Made by a program: the position numbers and the translations under genes | Assembly (NCBI GenBank): GCA_030141605.1 | Contig: JAQGDQ010000040.1 | Span: 558,001 to 622,000, forward strand | Length of the DNA: 64,000 nucleotides | Reading direction: 5' to 3' | From: Tubiluchus corallicola | Lineage: Eukaryota; Animalia; Priapulida | Notes under the pieces: generated by a model | Told to the model about the DNA's origin: nothing | The model's input: the letters and a program-made list of their open reading frames with translations, nothing else | Databases searched by the model: none | Shown: positions 55,201 to 64,000 of the stretch, in pieces | How positions within the stretch are numbered: the stretch's first letter is position 1 | Layout of the letters: each line of letters starts with the position of its first letter

Positions 55201-57027
55201 GAGAAATGTGGAGTGTACTGTGCAGTGACAAGTATAATAGATAAGATGAAAGTTGAACAGAGCGTTGACGTATTCTACATCATCAAGCAACAAAGGATCA
55301 GACGACCGCAGTTTATATATTCCTTGGTAAGAAATTTTAACAAGAATTGTCGGTGCTTGGGGCACAAGAAAACCCCCCACTTACATAAAGCTTGAAAAAT
55401 TCGTCTTGAAATTTTATACCACTTATGTACCGATTTCCCTCGGCCGTAATGTTGTATAAAACGTGCAAATTTAAACTACCGCGATGACCATTAGGTGCAG
55501 CCATTTTGATGGTAGGTCGTGTGAAACAAGTTTAGGTAACATTGTGTGAAGTTTGAAAAAATAATGAGAGCATTCGTAGCATACTTGTTGCTAAGTAAGT
55601 AAAATTTTGAATTGCTGTATCTTGTCAATAAGATTAAAAATACGTTTTTGATTAGTGAGTGGCTCACCCTGGAGTCAGCAGAATCTTACCAATTGGCACA
55701 AATATTTTAAATTATTATTTCTAGTTACATAAGTTTTTCCAGCAGGTAAGCGAAATGCTAAGTAATATAGATTTGAATGGAAAGTTTTTTGGGGCACAAT
55801 TTAACATTGCCTTTTCTTCCCCTGATTTATGTTTGCGTAGGTGACGTCATGTAATGGCGCCGTCGGAACAGTATTGCGGGAGATTTAAAATGAAAACAAA
55901 CAAAAATTCCTTTTAACGTGGGTACGATGTCATATAAAATTACTGTGAACTAGTTTTCTGAAACCTCCTTCAGGTACCTCTTTTCTTGTCCTTTAAGAAT
56001 AACATAAGTGGTATCTACTGTATATTTATTTTCACAACTAGTTCTCAAATTTTCGAAGCAATTTGATTTCGAAACAAAAAGTGCAACTCTTTCTCATGCC
56101 ATTTCATCAAAATATCTGCACTTGTACTAATTATAAATTGTAAAACTAAAGAAATTGAGGGATACTTTGAGGCCTGAAATTGTGTAGTCAAATCCCAACA
56201 ATACGATTTTCATGGGATGTATTTTTTTCATATTAAGCAGTCCTGTGCTTTCCTCTCTGCATAACTTCATTGACATGTTTGACAGAATTCAGCTCCAGCT
56301 GTTTTAAACATTCTTTTATTATTAGCCTGATTGACCCCGTGTCTACTGTGCATGCATCAATAAAATGTACAGTAATACTTGCGAAAGTGACTACTAATAC
56401 AAAGTTTTTTTGTAGTGGCATGTCTTTATTGTACCTTTGATATTCACTAATTTTTCCCTATTTACTATTCATTAATTTTCTTTATTCTGGGACCTGGATC
56501 ATCTTTTTGATCTTATAATCCTTATGCACTACTAAAACAAAACTAGGACACAGTTACCATGATAACAGGATTCAAGTGGTTGTTTCAGCACCATTTAGGA
56601 TGCACACAATTTTAAACATCATTTCGGAATGTAACAGAACAAACCAAGCAAAAAATCGTAATATTAGTATTTTTTGGCACAAAATAATATTGTACTAATG
56701 ACATTTTGGGACAGCATCATACTGTCAAGCTTCGAAACAATTAGAGATCATTATAATTACCAAGTGTAAATTTTACCATAAGCTAACCAGCTTTTTTAAA
56801 TTGTCCTAGTTCCAGGATTTCATCAAAAACCAAATAATGTTATCGAGGTTTGATCGTATATCAATAGTACTTAATATGTTTTGATAACCTTAAACAATAT
56901 TTCTGTTTGCTTTGTATGGATTTTGAATTGGCATTTTTTCTTTTTTGTCTAGGAACAGTACAAATTCTGTCACGATTGTGCACTGGAATATCTAGACACC
57001 TTTGAGATGTATTCTAATTTTAAGTAA
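28238..57027 (+). CDS. Receptor-type protein tyrosine phosphatase: signal peptide - WSC - laminin-type EGF - 6 FN3 - membrane-proximal FN3-like - TM - PTP D1 - PTP D2 (~1616 aa, 37 exons)
   Basis: GT-AG exons in continuous frame, total 4851 nt: 28238-28322, 30890-31015, 32289-32486, 34277-34417, 35544-35607, 35844-35982, 36294-36426, 37035-37120, 37509-37728, 38126-38315, 38809-38924, 39422-39718, 40212-40317, 40593-40698, 41378-41450, 41860-41966, 42496-42697, 43093-43204, 43599-43848, 44607-44767 (TM), 46361-46529, 46656-46748, 47419-47506, 47643-47737, 48001-48037, 48227-48324, 49038-49157, 49574-49728, 50009-50144, 50331-50477, 50876-50975, 51438-51514, 52341-52469, 52818-52943, 54022-54179, 55191-55326, 56953-57027. 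D1 motifs: [54 protein letters not shown]2 motifs: KNRY, YINA, WPRD, VHCQDGAEKCG. Ends YSNFK*. Confidence 0.95.
28430..28506. repeat. Two-copy imperfect tandem duplication (~40 bp)
   Basis: AGTCACTAACAC..TAGCAGTAAAGTTAGGCCTCA occurs twice, in intron 1 of the phosphatase. Confidence 0.75.
28600..29790 (+). mobile_element. Decayed 3' part of a CRE-clade (restriction-like endonuclease) non-LTR retrotransposon
   Basis: Translation across frameshifts: [66 protein letters not shown] (zinc knuckle), [23 protein letters not shown]. This is the CRE/Cnl1-type RT thumb plus the RLE region. Confidence 0.85.
32800..33528 (-). mobile_element. 5'-truncated RTE-clade LINE with a 15-bp TSD
   Basis: Near-intact ORF2 C-terminus ([58 protein letters not shown]), a (GAA)n tail, and a perfect TSD TAAGATCATTGAATT at 32785-32799 and 33529-33543. 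Confidence 0.95.
36500..36993 (+). mobile_element. 3' fragment of an L2-clade LINE with a (TTG/TTA)n tail
   Basis: AF...[12 protein letters not shown]-like ORF2 end, the TGTAAAGCGCACTGAG 3'-UTR motif typical of L2, then a trinucleotide tail at 36933-36993. Confidence 0.7.
46217..46302. repeat. Two-copy 45-bp tandem duplication
   Basis: CTGCCGTGCTTCCTATTTGTTRATAATTTTGGCTAATTTGT is repeated twice, just upstream of the juxtamembrane exon acceptor. Confidence 0.85.
53140..53207. repeat. Degenerate pentanucleotide microsatellite (GATAA/GGTAA)n
   Basis: Directly visible. Confidence 0.7.
54371..55062. mobile_element. Possible old MITE with AGCT/CAGCTGA-rich subterminal arrays
   Basis: Clusters of AGCTGAGTCAG-like motifs at 54397-54515 and 54945-55045 flank an AT-rich core, with short CCAGAG/CTCTGG termini. 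No clear TSD. Confidence 0.35.
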
Positions 57028-57166
57028 TGACTATTGTAAAATAGGGCAAATTCAGAGGTTTTATTTGGAAAATACACTTATCCTATACCTTGTAACTCTA
57101 TGTAAAACTTGTCTTTGCTGGTCAGTACAAACATGGCATAGTTTTGTAGCACGTTTGAGTTGCGCT

Positions 57167-57540
57167 CCGGCCGGATTATGACCTTTTGAGTGCCCTAGGC
57201 TAATGAATTTATGGGCCTGTCAGACAGAGCCAAACTAACTGCTCACATCCGTCTTGAACATTGTTTACTTGTAATAAATTCGGCATCAGTTATATAGCTT
57301 GAAGTAAATTTGTTGTAAGTTCTTTAGTTGAACTACAATAGCTATCTTTTGTTTGTCAATAAAAATATTTTTAAGAAATGCTAGTATTTTACTATTTATT
57401 GGAAACCAAATTAGCACGTTTCAACACAACCATAATGAAAAACAGATTTTTTACCAAATGTTATCAAAGACTTGAAGGCCCCCAAGCTTGTGAGGCCCAA
57501 GGCTGCAGCCTATACTAGACTACATAATAATCCGGCCCTG
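57167..57540. mobile_element. hAT-type MITE in the phosphatase 3' UTR region
   Basis: Inverted termini GGCCGGATTAT / ATAATCCGGCCCTG and a degenerate 8-bp TSD GTTGCGCT (57159-57166) / GTTCTGCT (57541-57548). Confidence 0.7.
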
Positions 57541-57874
57541 GTTCTGCTGTATTGGTACGGTGTAATCTGAATTGCACAGCAATTTATTTGCTGTTTTTCC
57601 AACATTTAAAATAGTTGTATGCTATGTGACAAGTTAAGTTGTGACACTTTCTAGTCAAATGTTGTTTTGACAAAATTTTACATTTTGGTGTTTTCATTGG
57701 CTCATATTTCTTATTGTTGCAATTTGCAAATGTATCGAGAAACTTGTGGCACTGATGTTTTTTTATAAGTCATTATTGTATATTAGTGTAACATATAAAT
57801 CTGTTTTGTAAAGCAAGCATTTTGGTCGAATGCCAAGGATTGTCTAGTATTTGTAACAGTGATTCCAAGACTCT

Positions 57875-57943
57875 GCATTAATCATCATCATTTTGCTTTA
57901 TTACTAGATTTTGTTTGCATTAATCATCATCATTTTGCTTTAT
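57875..57943. repeat. 28-bp direct repeat (TGCATTAATCATCATCATTTTGCTTTAT x2)
   Basis: Directly visible, two copies about 41 bp apart. Confidence 0.85.
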
Positions 57944-58899
57944 CGTTGTAATATTATGTTTGGCATAGTGATAGATCCATGCAAAATGGCTTTATCTTAA
58001 ATGTATTTGAATTTGTTTCAACTTAAACTTAATTATTCCACTGATGGTATTTATTCTAGTTTGAGAAAAAATTTTGCTTCTGTTAGACTAAGTACACTGC
58101 CACTGATTTTTTTTACTAAATCATGTTAACAATTTTTTGCGTCACTTTATTTTGCATAACCATACATATATAGTTTCTTTCCACTGTTTACTTCAGTTTA
58201 TGCAGTTTATGTTGCAGTTAATTATGTATATAACTCATTTAATATATCAAAGTATTAAGTAGATTTATTTATTTTAGGCATTTTTATAATGTGACAGTAC
58301 TTTGCTTTTACACATTTATTTTGAGCAAGCTTGGAAAGCTTAACATGTGCCATTTAACTTTAGTTTGATATAAAGTTTTTAATCATCGTGTATGTAAACA
58401 AGCTTTTTAAACCTACAGAATTGAGAATTGTGTTTCGCGATGGTACAGTATGTGCTTAGCATTTTTGTATGAAAAATTATCCATTTAATCTAGCTCATTA
58501 TAATGATTATGCTGTGCTATGGCATATTTATAATTAGACACTAAATATATACCAACACAGTATTTTTTAGCTGCAGTGACTGCTGATTACCCAGATTTTA
58601 CTGTTGTACTGTACCGTTGTTATCAATGAATCTTTTTGCCTTGTGTTTATCACAAGAGTAAATGTGAATAAATTTAAATGTATATCAGTAATCAGTTTTT
58701 CTTTTTTTAGTCTGAAATATTTAACCACGAAGATCGCATGACACTAATAGAACTTCAAACCACACTGCCTTGCGGAACAAAATTTCAAAGAGCACAAAAA
58801 ACATAGGGCACTCGTTGCTTTTTGTGATATTCAATAAAGAAAAGTTTGTGTTGTTCGGTTTAATACAACTTGAGTAACATATGTATCCCCTTATTTTCA

Positions 58900-61800
58900 T
58901 TAATTGAAATAATTGAAGGAGTTCGTATTGTACAATTTCCTTTTTCTGTTTGGAGGAGTGACTTCTCGGGGTGATTGATAGTCCTCTCGTGTTTGAAGCT
59001 GACACCCCAGATCTTGTATTTTTTTCCTGTTTAGAGAAGTCGCTTGACGAGGAGGTTGAGGCCCCTGTTTGGCTTCTAGCTGTCGCTCCAAATCTTGTAT
59101 CCGTGCTTTTAGAGTTTGGATCTCTCGCTCTGATTCAGCTTTCATATGTTGAAGTTTCTACAAAGGATATCATTTAAATCAGCAACTCTAATGGTACAAA
59201 TTCCTAGTGAAGTGAATTTGATAGCAAATTTGAAAGAGAGGAAATGTGAAAGGTTGGAATACAGCCAGAATTTGAACCAGGTACCCTACAATGCAGATAC
59301 CTTAGACCACTAAGCCACTGTCTTCTCCAGTGATCAAGACAGCCCAAAGTTCATCCCTTATAGCTGGTTAACTAAATTCAGCACTACCCGTGTTAAATCA
59401 CTCATACTGGGGTGATTCTAACTAATTCAATTATTTTTTTATTTTTCAGTATTTCTGAGTCTGAAATTTCTATATGTATTCTTATAAAAAATTCTCAACT
59501 TTTCATAAATTTGCAGGAGAGAAATCATCCTGGTTTTAGATCTTATTACAGGTTGTCGATTGTCTGTATTGTCAATTAAAATCGCAGGTGAATTAGAGGA
59601 AATACATAGTATAATTTCGTTTTTTATAGGAAGAAATGCGTAGCGCTTGCATCTATGAGTTACTGATTTTGTTATTAATAAAATACGCAGTTAAGTTTGT
59701 ACGACCTTGCAAGCTAGATAAACACAAGTATTAACTTTAAAAAATACAAATTAACTTAACGAGGTTAATTAGGCCAATCACAAATGATTAGGCTGATCGC
59801 AAATGTAAAATGGCCTACTTGAACACGGGTGACAATGAAATTTATAACTTTATATTGAAGCCCGAGCTGGCAGGTATAAATAATTCAAGGTTAACATGCA
59901 TGTAAAAATTACAGCATGAGCACTTCTAAGTAGGTTTGTGTAGGTTGTAAGAATGGCCAGTTAGCAATAGTTGAAGCACAGCGGCAGAGTTGAACTCATC
60001 TAGGGGAATACTTTACAACTGTCAGGATTATATGGTAAGCGAGCACACTCATAGGAATTCACATTCAGGCAAAATGTTTTCTTGTCTGTTCAGTTTTTAT
60101 AAACCTCAATAAGATCTTCATGGTCAAAATTAATACAAATGTGGTCAAAATTTGTTACATATCAACGTAAAATTTGTATCCTAAAATAGTAAACTTTATA
60201 CTATTTTCCTTGCTATAATCATAATTAAAACATGCCATTGGGACTTATGACCTACATAACGTGGAAAAGATCGTTTACGGAATAAAATAAGCAAATTTAT
60301 CCCATTTCTGCAGTCTAACAAACAGTTGAAAAAATGCAAAAAGTGGATAAAAGCTTGCAAACAACTGCATGATTCGTTAAAGGTAGAAAAACTATGTCGC
60401 AGGTATGATATATTCAGCATTATTCTGTCGCAGCTTTATTCATATAATCTACTCATTATATTATATAAGATCGTACTGAGGCAATCTTAAAGCGATTTTT
60501 AAAGGCTTCAAGCTTTTCTGTGTTATTTTAAATTTGAATTGCATAATTCAAAATTGCATAGCAATCAGCCAAAATTACCTAGCAAGATACTATGCAATAC
60601 TAGATAAAATCTTCACTAATTAGCATGATGACATGATGATAATTTGCACACACACCTGCCGAAAGATGTCGTTGCTATTTCGAGATGATTGAGGTTGCGA
60701 AGGATGAGCATTGGCTAGTTTCTGCACTCTGAGAACTTTCATGTTGTACTGAAACCCAGTAAATACAATTAGTTCACATCAAAAAAGTTTCTGTCCAGTT
60801 GTACCCAGTACAGAGCAAAAGCACTGTTTAAAGCTTAGGAATAATAATTATTACGAAAATCAGTTACAGATGACACCACTGACACCCAATCTCATTTGAT
60901 TACCTTATTACCTACTGGCTGGCAAGGAATAACTTAAAATTACCAGTAAATGGTTGCTTAATGAAAATGTTGTGAAAAGTACGTAAAAGCTAATTAACAA
61001 GGACATACCTCAATCTGAAGCTTGACTATTTCGGCTTCTTTTTCTTTTAGAAGTTCATTATAGGCTAGCTGATGTTCTTCAGCTTTTTCTTTTGCACATT
61101 TTAGTTTCGCTTGTAAACCAATGATCTCTTCAGTGGCTGCATAATAGAATTAAATTACTCCTCAAATTAATTAGTACTCTCAACAAAATTTTTTTAATTA
61201 GCAATTTTGAATTCATTTTAATGAATGTTGAGTGTTTTCAACTATGGTAAAGCATTGTTACTATGCTACTACTGCAGTTTGTTGCAGTTGCATTTTTTTG
61301 AGAAAGAAGAGTAAGAAGTACATATTTTCGTAGACTGTGGTTAAAACAACTCTGTGGTTAAGTGCCTTATTTGAAGGATTATCCTTGATAATGGCTTAGC
61401 TGCTAGTTTTGCCACAATTCCGACGCAGTTGAGTGCTTGCAAGCATGAAACTGTATAAAAAATACTAAAAAGACACGATGTTTCAATACACTGCTGTGTA
61501 CAATTTTGTGTCTTATCGTTTTCTTTAAAACAGCTCCATTTCTTGTCATTAACATCAGCTCAGTATTACTGAGATTTTTGAGACCACTTTGGTCAAATGT
61601 TGCAAAACACATTGAAACTGTATTCCCCACCTAAAACTTGACTATGCCTACGCTACAATAATTTAGCCATTCAAGCATTTATAAATCCAAAAGGAAGAAT
61701 TTACTGTTTACCGAAGAAACGAGATTAACTTGTATGTTCATTGAAGAATTGACAAGTATTGTGGTAATGGAACAAACCCTTCAATTTCAACGACTTTTGC

Positions 61801-63436
61801 AGCTCTTCCAGCTCCTTGTTATGAGCTTCTTTTTGCAATTTTATTTCTTCGTCTGCAGTTTCAAGTGCAGCTTGATGAGTCTGCAATGGTGTAGTTACTA
61901 ATTTTGCATTATAATACGACAATAGACATAAAACTAGAGCTGATGCTAAGCAATCACCAAAAACGCAGCTGTTTTTTTGACATAAATTTGATAAACTGAT
62001 GCTGTAGAATGCTTCAGCTATGTAAAAATTAACTTTCCTACATTCCACACTTTCTTCCTGACAGCTGGTATTTCTGGTTTTTCATCAGGCTGCAAATGTC
62101 ACAAGAATTTCACACCACAGTCGTAATCATGCGTCTGTTTCAGAACAAACACATATAAGTTAATAGGAATAAATAAAAGTTTATTGTTTGTTGTTATATA
62201 GGTGTCTTGTTTCAGAACATTATGGAAAAATGTTTGTAAATTTTGTTTTCATTGCTTTGTATTATTACATTAAGATTTGTTGCACTGTTCAGCAAAATGG
62301 TAGCACGTCTGGTGTAAGATTACACGCTCAGGTGCTGATAAATAAATGAATTATTCCTGTGTACGTCTTATTTGTCCTTCAAAATAGTTTACTTTCAATA
62401 CACATTAAATTGCACCAATCAGTTTCTACCTGTTCGGTAACTAAGGGAAGCGATCATACACGTACTCAAGCACGCAGGCGTGTGCATGCCCCCAAACACA
62501 CAAACCTAATTAGTAAAATCATGTGATTGCCTCGACTAGCAATTTCTCTTCAAATACAGGAAACATTTAATGGCATTTTTTGTATAAAGTCACTGGTATT
62601 AAACTTGATCAAACCTAGTTATAGACAAGAAGATAATACAGATCTGGCAAAATTTCTAGCTATGAAAAATTTCATTGCGACTAACCTAAAAGGGGATTTG
62701 ATAGAAAATAGAAACATTGCTGAAAATGGAAGGATTTTACATAAAATATACAAAATGCACCAAAAATTAGTTTTGTTTTGGTGACACAAACCTGTTTAAA
62801 CTTCTGATTTTCTTCTTCCAAATCATTAATTTTACTTTGTAGTTTGCGACACTCACCTAGCAAAAAATCACTGCTACAACTTAATTACTTCATGATATTA
62901 CCAGTAGCAAAATGTGTTTTTATACTTTAAACATTGACTACACATTGTGCAACACAGTAGACACACGCGGCACACAGATAATGCCGAAAAAGCCTACAAT
63001 TATGCCTACAAATTGAATAATGAGAACAAGAAATATTGTGCAAGCAAACTTTGCGTGTTTTGAAAGCAAGCAAAACTTGTTCAAATAATATTTACCTTCA
63101 AAATCTTGTGATTTGCTGATACAGCTTTGCAAGTTTTCAATTTGCGTTCTGTAAGATGTGATTTCTGAAATAACAATTACATGCTTATTACCTTTAGCAG
63201 GCGCCAGTGCAAATGATAACTTATTGTGAAATTATGGTCGCCAAATATACAAACCACAATAAACTATAAGAGATTGCATATTAAGCCTGTATAATAAAAT
63301 TATGTCTTTTAACACAAAGTATGGTTTTACCTTCGCGGGCTGCCTTTTCGCTTTCTGTGAAGTACTTCAATTTCTCTTCTAGGTTATTAATAGTCTTCTT
63401 TAACTGACTGTTAGAAAAACTAATTTCCAAACTAGC
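58900..63436 (-). CDS. CCDC152: Coiled-coil domain-containing protein 152 homologue (3' exons; 5' end at or beyond the right edge)
   Basis: Frame-consistent exons 63331-63436, 63096-63164, 62792-62856, 62051-62089, 61778-61880, 61009-61136, 60656-60748, 58900-59157. The product EKEAEIVKLQIE|YNMKVLRVQK..NDIFRQ|KLQHMKAESEREIQTLKARIQDLERQL aligns with recalled human CCDC152 EKQNEIIKLQLEFDAKLARVQTK..SIYRRKLQHFQEEKNKEIAILRNTIRDLEQRL. The C-terminus is basic (RKRK). Confidence 0.82.
59225..59330 (-). mobile_element. tRNA-derived SINE head
   Basis: The minus strand reads TGGCTTAGTGGTCTAAG (A box) ... GGTTCAAATTCTGG (B box). There is no full cloverleaf. Confidence 0.6.
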
Positions 63437-64000
63437 CTAAAAATAATTAATCAAATAATTAATTAAATTTTTTGCAACAAAAATAGCCAAATAAAGCTGG
63501 AGCTATAGCAACAAACTATAAAAATAGAAAAGTGGACCTATAGTGCGAAACTACAGGAATGGCAAATTTTCAAAATAAACTTTTATAATTTTTGTGTTCG
63601 TTTATAAAATGAACAAAGCGGACAACAGTGTAAATTTGGTTTTTAACATTTTATTTCAACAATATCTAGTGTATCAGAAAAACAATAAGTGCCAATGCTG
63701 CAACTCAGGTAGCCTTATTATAATCATAAGTTTTGTAAATTGTTTGTTCATTGAATAAACCTCATTTGAAAAAACGACGTAGAATGTGTTATTTAGTTGT
63801 TTATGCTAGCTACCAAATGCTTATAATATATGATTAACAAAATTTGTAATCCTCCTTGTCTAACTATCTCTTAGGAAAAGCATGAAATATTTGCAGCAGT
63901 GCTTTTACATGCACTAAATACGTAACTTATAATTTTTTCCTGATTTAATTATGCGATGGTAACCACGAAAGTAAAACTTCAAATATTCCAAAAGCTTTTA

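Noticed and set aside
59256-59330. tRNA gene
   Set aside because: A and B boxes are present but there is no proper acceptor or anticodon stem; treated as a SINE head.

Overview
AT-rich, intron-rich genomic DNA from an invertebrate animal (eukaryote; canonical GT-AG splicing). I reconstructed four spliced genes by hand. (1) A secreted animal alpha-amylase on the minus strand starts at 2085 and runs off the left edge. (2) Cap-specific mRNA 2'-O-methyltransferase 1 (CMTR1) on the minus strand has 18 traceable coding exons from 18547 down to 2617. Its last ~110 aa, including the WW domain, are not found before the amylase starts, so the amylase is probably nested on the same strand inside a CMTR1 intron, or CMTR1 is C-terminally truncated. 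(3) A 37-exon, ~1616-aa receptor tyrosine phosphatase on the plus strand (28238-57027) has an unusual WSC + laminin-type EGF + 6 FN3 ectodomain, tandem D1/D2 PTP domains and a PTPalpha-like YSNFK tail. (4) The 3' part of a CCDC152 homologue on the minus strand (58900 to beyond the right edge) is convergent with the phosphatase. Introns and intergenic DNA hold many transposon relics: a hAT MITE nested in another hAT element (both with perfect 8-bp TSDs), a decayed LINE with a CCCH zinc-finger ORF1 ending just upstream of the phosphatase, a CRE-clade fragment, a young 5'-truncated RTE with a 15-bp TSD, L2/CR1 fragments and tRNA-derived SINEs. No prokaryotic features, CRISPR or rRNA are present. 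All homology calls come from remembered motifs, not database searches.
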